Shown here: positions 1 through 8,979 of the stretch, in pieces
Numbering within the stretch: position 1 is the first letter of the stretch
How the letters are laid out: the number at the start of each line of letters is the position of its first letter
From: a virus
Taxonomy: Duplodnaviria; Caudoviricetes
Reading direction: 5' to 3' (one strand)
IMG/VR virus record: IMGVR_UViG_3300024051_000138
Coordinates: 1-59,985 of that record
DNA: 59,985 nt
Translations under genes and position numbers: made by a program
The notes under the pieces: generated by a model
What the model saw: only the letters and a program-made list of their open reading frames with translations
What the model was told of the DNA's origin: nothing
Databases searched by the model: none

Positions 1-1230
1 ATGCCCCTGACGGATGCTGCAATCCGTGCTGCCAAGCCCGCAGAGAAGCCTCGCAAGCTGTTCGATGGCGAGGGACTGTACCTGGAGATCGCGCCTTCAG
101 GTGGGAAGTGGTGGCGGCTCAAGTATCGCTGGGCCGGGCGGGAGAAGCGTCTGAGCCTGGGCACCTACCCGGAAGTCACTTTGCTGGAAGCGCGCCGCCG
201 TCGTGACGACGCCAAGCGCATGCTGGCCGACGGTGCGGACCCGTCCGCCGAGCGGCGCAGCCAGAAGATGGCGGCCAACGCGGCGGCGGGCAACACCTTC
301 GAGGCCGTGGCGCGGGCCTGGCACGCAAGCTGGAAGCGCACGCGTACCGAGAAGCACGCGGCCCAGGTGTTGCGCCGCCTGGAGTTGGACGTGTTCCCCA
401 GGCTGGGCAGCCTACCCATCACTGCGATCAAGGCCCCCGACTTGGTGGCAACGGCCAAGGCGGTGGAAAAGCGCGGAGCCAACGACCTTGCGCGCCGGGC
501 CATCCAGATCAGCGGGCAGGTGTTCCGGTATGCCATTGGCCACGGGCTGGCCGATCACAACCCGGCGCGGGACATCGAGCCAAGCGACGTTCTGCAACCG
601 GTGGTGGAGCACAACTACGCGCGCGTGTCGCCCGAGCGGCTACCGGTGCTACTACAGGCGATCAACCGGTATGACGGGCACGAGCGCACGCGGCTGGCGT
701 TGCACTTGATGTCCTTGACGTTTCTGCGCACGAGCGAGCTGATCGGCGCGCGCTGGGGGGAGTTCGACCTTGAAGGGCGGCGCTGGACTGTTCCGGCTGG
801 CCGAATGAAGATGCCGACCGCGCATATCGTTCCCTTGGCGCGGCAGACCATCGCCGTTCTCGAAGCGCTGAGGAAGGCTGGGACCGGCGAAGAGCTGTTG
901 TTCCCCGGCAACACGGACCATGAGAAGCCCATCAGCAACAACACGTTGCTGTTCGCGCTGTACCGGATGGGGTTCAAGGGGGAGATGACGGGCCACGGGT
1001 TCCGGGGTGTGGCCAGTACGGCACTGCATGAGATGGGGATGGATCACGCTCACATCGAGCTGCAACTGGCGCACCAGGAGCGCGACCGGGTGTCGGCGGC
1101 GTACAACTACGCCCAGTACCTACCGCGGCGCGCCAGGATGATGCAGGCTTGGGCTGACCATCTGGACGCGGTGCGGGGCGAGTCGATCATGCTCCGCGCT
1201 GGATCAGGAGCTGCTGCACCAGTGCCTTGA
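1..1230 (+). CDS. int: Tyrosine integrase, P4-like, with N-terminal arm-binding domain
   Basis: N-terminus LTDAAIRAAKP..KLFDGEGLYLEI..GGKWWRLKYR; catalytic motifs LRTSE, HGFR, LAH and AYNY. Confidence 0.97.
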   Translation: MPLTDAAIRAAKPAEKPRKLFDGEGLYLEIAPSGGKWWRLKYRWAGREKRLSLGTYPEVTLLEARRRRDDAKRMLADGADPSAERRSQKMAANAAAGNTFEAVARAWHASWKRTRTEKHAAQVLRRLELDVFPRLGSLPITAIKAPDLVATAKAVEKRGANDLARRAIQISGQVFRYAIGHGLADHNPARDIEPSDVLQPVVEHNYARVSPERLPVLLQAINRYDGHERTRLALHLMSLTFLRTSELIGARWGEFDLEGRRWTVPAGRMKMPTAHIVPLARQTIAVLEALRKAGTGEELLFPGNTDHEKPISNNTLLFALYRMGFKGEMTGHGFRGVASTALHEMGMDHAHIELQLAHQERDRVSAAYNYAQYLPRRARMMQAWADHLDAVRGESIMLRAGSGAAAPVP

Positions 1231-1420
1231 TTTCCTCGGCGGTCTTTCCCTTGATGATGGCGTCGTTGCAGGCTTCGACTTCATGCGCGGGCCACACGCT
1301 GGCGCGCGGGCCGAGCTTGATGGGCGCGGGGAACAGGCCGCAGCTGATGCGGTCGTAGATGGCTGTGCGCTGCAAGCCTACGCGCTCGATGACGCTGGGC
1401 AGGCGCAGTAGGGCGCTCAT
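1187..1420 (-). CDS. alpA: AlpA-family HTH regulator / excisionase
   Basis: LLRLPSVIERVGLQRTAIYDRI..GLFPAPIKLGPRASVW; convergent with int, overlapping it by 44 bp. Confidence 0.92.
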   Translation of the reverse strand: MSALLRLPSVIERVGLQRTAIYDRISCGLFPAPIKLGPRASVWPAHEVEACNDAIIKGKTAEEIKALVQQLLIQRGA

Positions 1421-1680
1421 GCTGATGTTCCTTTCGTGGTGTTGTCGCTGAACAGGCTCGCTGTGCGGTCTTCAAACTGCACAGGCTCTGGCCCTTCGCG
1501 CCCAGGCTCCGTGTCGGGCTCTGGCGCCCCGTGCATATAGGTGAGCGCGGAGCGTGCCAGCGTGCGTTCTTGTGGGAACGGCCAGTGCTTTTGGCTGCCG
1601 CGCAAGGTGATCATGTTGCCATTGCGGCCCACTTCTGTGCCCGTCCAGGCTTCGCCAGTGATCTTGTAGACGCGGGTCAT
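1417..1680 (-). CDS. Hypothetical phage protein
   Basis: 87-aa ORF with 4-bp overlap into alpA. Confidence 0.65.
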   Translation of the reverse strand: MTRVYKITGEAWTGTEVGRNGNMITLRGSQKHWPFPQERTLARSALTYMHGAPEPDTEPGREGPEPVQFEDRTASLFSDNTTKGTSA

Positions 1681-1770
1681 GTTGCGCGTTCTTCCTGAGT
1701 GCCAGCGCTTACGGGCTCTGGTGGTTCATCGAAATCTGGAACAGGCGCGCGCCTGTCGCACTGGTTGCGG

Positions 1771-2082
1771 CTACGTCGGGAGGCCATGGGGTGCTCCTTG
1801 CCATCCGATCCGCCGCAGATAGTGGGGCGGCAGGGTGTGCCAGTCGAAATCGTCCTTGAAGTCGCCGCAGTGGTGCTCGCGCGGCGTCAGGACATGGCCA
1901 GCCGCAAGCGGGTAGGTCGTGCCGTGCATGCCCAGCATTGCGATGCGCTGATCTGCAGGCACTGGCGCAGAGCGGCGGCACTCGCCAACGATGCTGTTGT
2001 GCTGGTGCCACCAGTCGCAACCGGCGCAGCAGGGGCCGTGCTCTGCATACCAGCGGTCGGCCAGCTCTTGGGCGTCAGGCAT
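1771..2082 (-). CDS. Cys-rich hypothetical phage protein
   Basis: MPDAQELADRWY..CCAGCDWW..GECRR..HHCGDF; GGAG upstream; coupled to neighbours. Confidence 0.75.
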   Translation of the reverse strand: MPDAQELADRWYAEHGPCCAGCDWWHQHNSIVGECRRSAPVPADQRIAMLGMHGTTYPLAAGHVLTPREHHCGDFKDDFDWHTLPPHYLRRIGWQGAPHGLPT

Positions 2083-2560
2083 GGCTGTCTCCCTTGATGC
2101 CGTGGGCGGAACTGAGCGCACCACGATTCGCGTCGATCAACGTGCGCAGCGTTTCCATATCGCCCGTGTCGCTGACAACGCCAAGATAGGCGCGCAGCCA
2201 AGTGCCATGGCAACGGCGCAGCACCCATTCCAGGCGTTCGCTGTCTGCGCGCAGCTCATCAACCAAGCGGGACAGGTTTCCGATAGATGCCTCGGCTGCT
2301 GCAGCTTCGACCTGCAGAGAGTCGAGAGTGGCCAGGGCCAGCTGCTGCAATTCCGTCTGCTCGATCACCTTCACCACTTCGTATCCGGCGAACCGCGCGG
2401 GGCTGTTGCGCTGATTGCGGTCCAGCCACTCATGGGCATCGCGCTCTGGGCAGGTGCTGTCCGCATACGTGAACCACATCGTGATGCTGTCGCCCTTGCG
2501 GATGTGCCATTCCTCGCGGCCCGCGCACAGTTCGCGTAGCCGGTCGTACGGGTCAGCCAT
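2075..2560 (-). CDS. Hypothetical phage protein
   Basis: 161-aa ORF with AGGAG RBS, overlapping both neighbours. Confidence 0.75.
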   Translation of the reverse strand: MADPYDRLRELCAGREEWHIRKGDSITMWFTYADSTCPERDAHEWLDRNQRNSPARFAGYEVVKVIEQTELQQLALATLDSLQVEAAAAEASIGNLSRLVDELRADSERLEWVLRRCHGTWLRAYLGVVSDTGDMETLRTLIDANRGALSSAHGIKGDSHA

Positions 2561-3251
2561 GGTCGTTCTCCTTCTGCTTGTCGGTGATGCCGTGGTGCGC
2601 CTCTACCGCATCAATAACCATCTGGTCCCAGGTTTCCCCGTCCATACCTTCGGCGCGCGCTCCAAGACGATCCAGCAGGGTCCGGCGCTGCGCCGAAGTC
2701 AGAGGCTCTGGCCCGCGCGCCCACACAGCAGGATTCACTGGGTGCAGCTTCTCCCACCGCTTGGCTTCGGCAAGCTGGTGGTCGTTGAGCCTGTCGTGTT
2801 GACCCATGCCCAAGGCAAAGCGGATGGGTTGCCCCACCGGGCTGCTGCCGCCCTGGTGATGCCACAGCACCCACAGCAGGGCGGCGCGCGCCGTGTCCGT
2901 GAAGTCGGGCGACAGCTCGGGCGGCTCCACTACAGCCGGTGGCGCGACTGCGCCTGCTGCAATGTGCCGATAGCCGCAAGCCTTTCTCGCCAGATCCAGG
3001 GAGATTTCGATCTGATCTTGCTGGCTGGTCATCGGGTTGAACGCCGTATGCATGAAGTCGTACAGGTTGGCGACTTCAACCGGGACAAGGACATGACTGC
3101 TCGGCGCTACAGCCGGTGGCGTGGGCTGGGCGCGTCTGGCGGCCTGCCACGCCAGGAACGGATGAGTGGCGCCAGCAGGACCAAGCCGGGTTGCCATCCA
3201 TGCCTCGAACTGCTCGCGCTCGCTCTGCGCTGCGCTTGTGGTGTCAGCCAT
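2553..3251 (-). CDS. Hypothetical phage protein (Ead/Ea22-like region)
   Basis: EREQFEAW..AWQAAR motif typical of lambdoid early accessory proteins. Confidence 0.7.
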   Translation of the reverse strand: MADTTSAAQSEREQFEAWMATRLGPAGATHPFLAWQAARRAQPTPPAVAPSSHVLVPVEVANLYDFMHTAFNPMTSQQDQIEISLDLARKACGYRHIAAGAVAPPAVVEPPELSPDFTDTARAALLWVLWHHQGGSSPVGQPIRFALGMGQHDRLNDHQLAEAKRWEKLHPVNPAVWARGPEPLTSAQRRTLLDRLGARAEGMDGETWDQMVIDAVEAHHGITDKQKENDHG

Positions 3252-3258
3252 TGGATGC

Positions 3259-3537
3259 CTACTGAACGTTGATCGCGTAAACCGTCACAGGCTCCGGGCC
3301 GAAGTGCGGATGCGTGATGGTCTTGATGGTGTAGCCCTGCCATGGGCGCACGAGGCGGCGCGAATAGTCATCGCGGCGTGGGTAGCCGAGCGTGAGCACG
3401 ATGCGGTCATAGAGCCCGAAGGGTGAGGCCAGCCGCTTCTGCCAGTAGGCTGTGCACAGCCGGTATTCCTCGGTCTTGGAGCCGTCGCGGATTGCCTCGA
3501 AGTACTCGCGCTTGAGCGGCAGCACGAGGTCAGCCAT
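3259..3537 (-). CDS. ASCH-domain protein
   Basis: LPLKREYFEAIRDGSKTEEYR, the ASCH GxKxxExR signature. Confidence 0.85.
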   Translation of the reverse strand: MADLVLPLKREYFEAIRDGSKTEEYRLCTAYWQKRLASPFGLYDRIVLTLGYPRRDDYSRRLVRPWQGYTIKTITHPHFGPEPVTVYAINVQ

Positions 3538-3793
3538 GGGAGGCCTCCCGTGCGATCTTCTCGGCCCGGCGAAGCTGCTTCACCATGGCGGGCAGGGCAG
3601 AGCAGGGGAACTGCACGCGGCGACCATCTTGTTCCAGCCACAGCTCAGGGTCATCGTCGCCAGAGTTCGGATAGAACCCAACGAGGATGGGCCCTGTTTG
3701 CCGCTCTCCTGTGGTGACCTGCACATCCAGGGTGGCGGTAACGACTTCGCCCGGCACAAACTCGGTCACTGTCGTTGTGTAGGTGTCAGCCAT
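3530..3793 (-). CDS. Hypothetical phage protein
   Basis: 87-aa coupled ORF with GGAG RBS. Confidence 0.7.
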   Translation of the reverse strand: MADTYTTTVTEFVPGEVVTATLDVQVTTGERQTGPILVGFYPNSGDDDPELWLEQDGRRVQFPCSALPAMVKQLRRAEKIAREASHG

Positions 3794-4076
3794 TCGTGGG
3801 CTCCTTCCCGATAGTCTTTAGCAGCGCGTGCACGCCGCGCCGTTGATGCCGCGCGCCGCGCATCTGCCATAGCCCGGTGCCGGGCCAGAAGTCGAAGACC
3901 ATTCCGTTGTCGCGGACGACGAGATGCGCGCCGTCGTTCTTGGACTCGAAAGCCAGGCCGGCTGCCTTGAGCAGCTTCGTCGCTGCGGCTCGGTTCGCGG
4001 CTTTGCGCTGTTTGCTGGCTTCCTGCATCGCAGGGCGAACGTCGCGCCAGAAGTCGCCTTCCGTTTCGTCAGCCAT
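3786..4076 (-). CDS. Hypothetical phage protein
   Basis: MADETEGDFW..KNDGAHLVV..FDFWPGTGLW; AGGAG RBS. Confidence 0.75.
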   Translation of the reverse strand: MADETEGDFWRDVRPAMQEASKQRKAANRAAATKLLKAAGLAFESKNDGAHLVVRDNGMVFDFWPGTGLWQMRGARHQRRGVHALLKTIGKEPTNG

Positions 4077-4305
4077 GCTTGTTCTCCTGGGCCTGGGAGC
4101 GCTCTCGCCAAGCCCCGATAAACCCGAGGTTCTTGCCGCACTGTGCGCAGATGGCATCGCAGGCACTCGTTTCGTGCACACTGCCGTCGTGCTTGCACCG
4201 CACCTGGCTAAGTACAGTCTTGCCGTATACCGCCAGGAACACCAACGCGACAAGGGCCAGAGCCACGATGCTGATGGCGTCTGAAATAGTCCAGATGAAC
4301 ATCAC
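4069..4305 (-). CDS. Small membrane-anchored protein with C/H zinc-like motif
   Basis: N-terminal hydrophobic helix followed by CKH..CAQCGK. Confidence 0.7.
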   Translation of the reverse strand: MMFIWTISDAISIVALALVALVFLAVYGKTVLSQVRCKHDGSVHETSACDAICAQCGKNLGFIGAWRERSQAQENKHG

Positions 4306-5039
4306 TCACCTCCTTGCTGAGCCTGGGCGCGGGAGGCGCGCGATGCGTCGATGCACATGGTGAAGTGCTGGGCGACGCTGCCACGCAGCAGGAACATCTG
4401 ATCCACGATGCGCAGCGTGTTGAGCGTGAAGTGCTGACCTCCGAGATGATTTGCCGCACCTACATGCATCAGCGTTTCGCGCCAACGCGCAGCATCCTCC
4501 GCATCCCCATCTGCTACAGGCGCTGCCCCACCTGATGCGGAGGCGTCCGCTGCCCGCTCTTCATGTGGCGCGTTGGCGATTGGCCAGCGATGCAGTTGCA
4601 GCACCTCGTTGGCAATGATGTCGCAGATCGCTGCGAACGATCCGCCTGGACGTTGCTTGGCGAACTGCCGCAACGTCAGGTTGATGTTCGCCCGCACGTC
4701 GCCACCATAGGTTCTGGTCGCGCAGTCGAATAGCCGCCGCTCCCGATCATCCTCCGGGATGGGTAGATAGCCTGATGGCGGCCCATCGTTCGCTGGCGCT
4801 GCTGCCAGGATTGCTTCATCGCTCGGCCCCGCCACAGCAGCAGGCGCTGCCTGTCCTGCCAGCGCGCTGAGTTCGCTGCGCATGCGCTCGCACATGGCGC
4901 GATAGGCACGGTCGATTTCTTTGTGGTTGCCCGGGTAATTCGCGACGATGCTGGCGTAGGTTCCGGCAAGGGCGACAATGCGGCGGAGCGTGGCGTCCAC
5001 AGTCGGTTCTGCTTGCTGGGCCTTATTCAGAGCGGACAT
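4302..5039 (-). CDS. Hypothetical phage protein
   Basis: Start MSALNK after AGGAG; coupled to neighbours. Confidence 0.65.
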   Translation of the reverse strand: MSALNKAQQAEPTVDATLRRIVALAGTYASIVANYPGNHKEIDRAYRAMCERMRSELSALAGQAAPAAVAGPSDEAILAAAPANDGPPSGYLPIPEDDRERRLFDCATRTYGGDVRANINLTLRQFAKQRPGGSFAAICDIIANEVLQLHRWPIANAPHEERAADASASGGAAPVADGDAEDAARWRETLMHVGAANHLGGQHFTLNTLRIVDQMFLLRGSVAQHFTMCIDASRASRAQAQQGGE

Positions 5040-5841
5040 GGCTAACTCCTTGGGTGCTGGGGGCGCGCAGGTCATCCACGACACGGTCCCAGTACCAATC
5101 GGTGTTCGCCTCGCCGACGGGCGAAAGACTGGTTGCGCCGCTGTTGTGCCGGCCGGACTGGAAGGTCGCCGACAGTAGGTTCTTTCGAGCCCACTGCCAT
5201 CGAGCCTCATGCTCGGCCTGGACGGACAGGGACGGCTCTGCCGCTACCTCTGCCTTGGGCCGGGGTTGCGCACTGAACAGATGCGCCCGCAGCGTGTCCC
5301 GCGCTTGCCCTGCGCGCAGCGGACATGTCCCCTGCACGTACATGGCGAGGTTTTCGGCAAGAGCCATGCCGCGATCCGCCCATGCGGCAAGGTCTTTGGA
5401 ATCCAGCCGCTCAAGTGTTCGCTGCAACTCGTCCGGATCGGCCTCGGCGGGTGCCGCTACCGCTCCAGGGGAGGTGCGCTCATTGCGAGCCATCTCCCAG
5501 AAGGGCGTCAGCCAGTGGCCTTCTGGCGGTGGGTTGTTGCCCTGCGCACCGAAGGCCAGCGCGCCCATGATGGTGTCTGCCACGAGAGCGCGGATGCCTT
5601 GTGGGTCGGTGTCCATGGAGTAAAGCGCATCTGGGGCTGCTCCAGAGGAGGCGAGGGCGGCGCACGCCAACAGCGCCTTGCACACCGGACATTTGGGAGC
5701 GCGTGAATCTGGCCCGTTGTGTCCATCGGGACAGCGCCCGCCGTAGTCGTGACTGATCCGGCCTTCTGCATGGGAGATCAGGACGGAAAGCGCTTCGGCC
5801 TGCTCGGCCGCCACGCTGGCGGCATTAGTGTTGGTGGTCAT
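5023..5841 (-). CDS. Hypothetical phage protein
   Basis: Start MTTNTN; contains CPD..CPVC; ATGA-type coupling. Confidence 0.65.
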   Translation of the reverse strand: MTTNTNAASVAAEQAEALSVLISHAEGRISHDYGGRCPDGHNGPDSRAPKCPVCKALLACAALASSGAAPDALYSMDTDPQGIRALVADTIMGALAFGAQGNNPPPEGHWLTPFWEMARNERTSPGAVAAPAEADPDELQRTLERLDSKDLAAWADRGMALAENLAMYVQGTCPLRAGQARDTLRAHLFSAQPRPKAEVAAEPSLSVQAEHEARWQWARKNLLSATFQSGRHNSGATSLSPVGEANTDWYWDRVVDDLRAPSTQGVSHVRSE

Positions 5842-5957
5842 TGCATGCTCCATCGAATGCAGGCCGCCGCCACGCAGCGGCCCGACGTGTGGCCCTCGGC
5901 CGACACGGTGAAGTTGAGACGGCTGCCGCACTTGGGGCAGTTGATGTGGCCGCTCAC
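5838..5957 (-). CDS. Small zinc-ribbon peptide (39 aa, below the ORF-track cut-off)
   Basis: GTG start, reads SGHINCPKCGSRLNFTVSAEGHTSGRCVAAAC; 4-bp overlaps at both ends. Confidence 0.5.
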   Translation of the reverse strand: MSGHINCPKCGSRLNFTVSAEGHTSGRCVAAACIRWSMQ

Positions 5958-6057
5958 GGGCCCCTGGGGGCGGAACGGGGCGGCTTGCAATGCGTGTTGC
6001 GCACGGCGGCGATAGCGCGGCCAGTGGGGCCGATGAGGGCAGAGAAGGCGGCGGTGG

Positions 6058-6435
6058 TCATGCCATGACTCCGCATTCCTTGATACCCACCATGACAGCC
6101 GGCGGTAGCGGGATCTCTGCCTGCTGAGGACGCCACAGGTGCAGACAGAATCGGTGGTTGTTCACCCAGTCCGAGCGAGGTGGATGCAGCTGCATCACGG
6201 CATCCTCTTCGTCCCAGAAAAGAGCCTTGATGCGGCACATTTCGTCCCAGGTTGGGCAGCGGTTGGGAAGGCTGATGCTTACGTGATCCCAGCCTAGGCC
6301 GTCAGATGCCAAAACCTTCAGCGGCACTTGGCCAGGCCTGGATGGGATGAAGAAGGCTCCGTTGTTTCCGTGGCTTTCATCGGTGCCATAGGGACCCTTG
6401 CGAAGGCGGAATTGATTTGGGACTTGGAAACTCAT
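6058..6435 (-). CDS. Conserved phage hypothetical protein
   Basis: WDHVSIS..RCPTWDEMCRIKALFW..QLHPP..NNHRFCLHLWRP, a recognisable phage family. Confidence 0.85.
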   Translation of the reverse strand: MSFQVPNQFRLRKGPYGTDESHGNNGAFFIPSRPGQVPLKVLASDGLGWDHVSISLPNRCPTWDEMCRIKALFWDEEDAVMQLHPPRSDWVNNHRFCLHLWRPQQAEIPLPPAVMVGIKECGVMA

Positions 6436-8342
6436 GCCGCACTCCCTTGCGCCACTGCCAGCGCCGCCACCATCGGCCGCACCCAGATCGGCTGCGCCGA
6501 CAGCAGGAACGTTTCACCGCTCCAGGCCAGCAGCAGCGTCTCGCCCATGACGTGGGCGATTGCCTCTGCAGCTGAGCTGGGCACAGCGTTGCCGATGCGT
6601 TCGCGCCAGGCTTGATCGCTCAGGCCGTCCAGTTCCAGCATCTCCTCGGGGTCCACCAGCGACTGCAGCGCGGCAAGTTCCAAGGTGGTGAAGGGGCGGT
6701 GCCATGTGCCGTCCAGAGCGCGAATGCGGCAGACCAGCTTTTCAGCTGGTGCAGGCATGGGGCGCGGATCAGCAACGCTCCAGGGGCCGTTGTCGTGGCA
6801 TGCTGATGCGCTCACGGCCCCGCTGGAGTCGCCATAGCGCACAACGCCGTAGTGGCCGCCAGTCAGGTAGTGATCGCCCTTGCCGCGCTGCATATTCGGT
6901 CGAGGATCGGCCACGGACAGGTAACCGCCTTGCACGCCTTTGCCGCCCGCCGTTACCGTGCGGCTTGTCCGGCGCCAGTCGCTGACGTGAAGGTGGCCGT
7001 GCCTGCCATTCCAGTCCGGCCTGGGGTCGGCCACAGCCTGGCCAGTACCGTGCGCACTGGTGACAGCCATCGAGGACTTGTCCCAGCTTACGATGCGGAA
7101 CTCGTTGGAGTGCTTCGCCGGGCCGGTGTGGCGTGGGTCCGCCACGCTGTACGCACCCTGGCCAGGGCCTTGCTGCCCAGCCACGGTGCCAGTGGCTTCG
7201 TCCCAGCGGCGCACGCCCAGGGCCTGCCCGTCGTTCCACTTCGCGGACTGGCCGAAGCGCGGATCCTGTATGGCGAACTTGCCATTCGACGGCAGAGACT
7301 CGCCTGCCACGGCGCCGCTCGGTGCGTCCCACGGCGTGACACCATAGCCAGCGGCGTAGAGCTGCTGGCGAGGGTCTGCAACAGAGAAATCACCGTTGTT
7401 GGGCAGGCTCCGTCCGGTGACGGTGCCTCTGGGGGCATCCCACTTGCCAACGCCCAGGAATCCGCTGTTACGGTTCTCCGGCATGATCAAGTAGTCGCGC
7501 AGCTGTCCATCCTCGACGGTCAGCCGGTTGAGCGAGCGCCAGTCGCTACCGGCCTCAACGAACGCGAGACGCACCCATGTCTTCCACTGCAGGCTGGGCA
7601 CACGGTGCATGGGGCCGCCGCGCACGTCGCCGGGCATTAGCATGCGGCCCAGCACGTCGCCCACGGCGCGCAACGGACGGCTGTGCGGCTCGTAGAGGAA
7701 AGGCGGCACCTTGGCGATGTGGCGGCCCACCAGCAGGAAGCGTTTGCGGCTCTGGGCCAGGTTGCCCAGCTCGCCGCAGTCGTGGGTGGTCTCGGCGACG
7801 GCGTAGCCGTAGGCGCGCAGCAAGTCCACGATCTGATCCAGAAGGTGGCGCCCGCGCGTGGCGATGCGCGGCACGTTTTCGAAGATCACCAGCTCTGGCG
7901 GATCGTCGCGCCATGCCTCCAGCATCAGCCAGACGCCGCGGAGCGTGAGGCGGTTAAGCGCCTGGTACTTGTCGGTCTTGCTCTTGCCCTCGGACAGCAG
8001 CCCGGAGAAGCCCTTGCAGGGCGCCGACAGGAACACGATGTGCGGGCGCTCGCCGCCGGCCGCGCGGTGAATGTCGGAGGTGGTCGCCTCACGCCAGTCG
8101 GACTGCGGCTCGGCACCGTGAAAGTCGCGGTATTGCTCGCGGTCGAACAGATCCAGCACGGTGCCGCGCGTACCTGCGAGGCGGCCGAAGTCACGGATGC
8201 TGGCCGGATCCACATCGATGCCGCCGATGCAGCGGAACTTCGCCTGCATGGTGCCGACGCGCGGGGAGGCACGGTTGAAGCCGCGCGCGCCGCCGCCCAG
8301 GCCGCAGAAGAGGTGGAAGTGGCGGATTTCGGCGATGCTCAT
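6432..8342 (-). CDS. DNA (cytosine-5) methyltransferase with six tandem repeats in the variable region
   Basis: Motif I LFCGLGG, motif IV SAPCKGFS, motif VI ENV, motif VIII QSRKR, motifs IX-X ELAALQS..IGNAVP. Confidence 0.93.
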   Translation of the reverse strand: MSIAEIRHFHLFCGLGGGARGFNRASPRVGTMQAKFRCIGGIDVDPASIRDFGRLAGTRGTVLDLFDREQYRDFHGAEPQSDWREATTSDIHRAAGGERPHIVFLSAPCKGFSGLLSEGKSKTDKYQALNRLTLRGVWLMLEAWRDDPPELVIFENVPRIATRGRHLLDQIVDLLRAYGYAVAETTHDCGELGNLAQSRKRFLLVGRHIAKVPPFLYEPHSRPLRAVGDVLGRMLMPGDVRGGPMHRVPSLQWKTWVRLAFVEAGSDWRSLNRLTVEDGQLRDYLIMPENRNSGFLGVGKWDAPRGTVTGRSLPNNGDFSVADPRQQLYAAGYGVTPWDAPSGAVAGESLPSNGKFAIQDPRFGQSAKWNDGQALGVRRWDEATGTVAGQQGPGQGAYSVADPRHTGPAKHSNEFRIVSWDKSSMAVTSAHGTGQAVADPRPDWNGRHGHLHVSDWRRTSRTVTAGGKGVQGGYLSVADPRPNMQRGKGDHYLTGGHYGVVRYGDSSGAVSASACHDNGPWSVADPRPMPAPAEKLVCRIRALDGTWHRPFTTLELAALQSLVDPEEMLELDGLSDQAWRERIGNAVPSSAAEAIAHVMGETLLLAWSGETFLLSAQPIWVRPMVAALAVAQGSAA

Positions 8343-8977
8343 TGCGCCGCTCCCTTGGCTGCTGGTGTGCCCTTGATGGCGAAGTACACCTCCATGCAGG
8401 CCTGCACGTCCGCCATGGCGCTATGCGCGTTCTCCAGCTCGCGGCCAGTGAAGTGCTTGTAGGCCTCGCGCAGGTTGGCGCTTTTGAAGTGGTTGCGGCC
8501 GACGGCGCGCATCTTGGCCGTGGGCGGCAGTGCCAGGATGGGCGTGGAGAGCAACTGCGTGCACTCGGCGCGGCTGGCCTTCCAATCGTCGGAAGGTGGG
8601 ATGACGAGGCCGGGCTCGCGCGGATCGACGTGGCGCTTGAGGGCGATGCGCAGAATGCGGGCATCGAATGCTTGGTTGTGCGCGATGCGCAGGCGGCCGC
8701 GCCACAGGCTCATGAACATGTCCACGGCCTGGGCCTCGGGGATGCCCACATCCATTGCATGCTCAGTCGTGATGCCGTGGATGGCAGCCACCTGATCGGG
8801 GATCGTCCAGCCGTCAGGGCGCACGATCACGTCCATACTGGCGATGGTCTTTCGCGAGGCGAGGTCCACCAGGCAGGCGGCGAGCTGCACGATGTGCGGC
8901 TGGCCGGGGTGCTCGGAGGGCTCGCTGAAGAGCGGCAGGCCTTGCGTCTCTGTGTCGTAGAAGAGGGCGAGGGTCAT
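8339..8977 (-). CDS. DEDDh 3'-5' exonuclease
   Basis: YDTET, AHNQAFD, AHSAMADV. Confidence 0.92.
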   Translation of the reverse strand: MTLALFYDTETQGLPLFSEPSEHPGQPHIVQLAACLVDLASRKTIASMDVIVRPDGWTIPDQVAAIHGITTEHAMDVGIPEAQAVDMFMSLWRGRLRIAHNQAFDARILRIALKRHVDPREPGLVIPPSDDWKASRAECTQLLSTPILALPPTAKMRAVGRNHFKSANLREAYKHFTGRELENAHSAMADVQACMEVYFAIKGTPAAKGAAQ

Positions 8978-8979
8978 GA

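Noticed and set aside
5838-6061. Programmed frameshift joining two small ORFs
   Set aside because: The junction is an ordinary GTGA stop-start overlap with no clear slippery site, so it cannot be distinguished from translational coupling.
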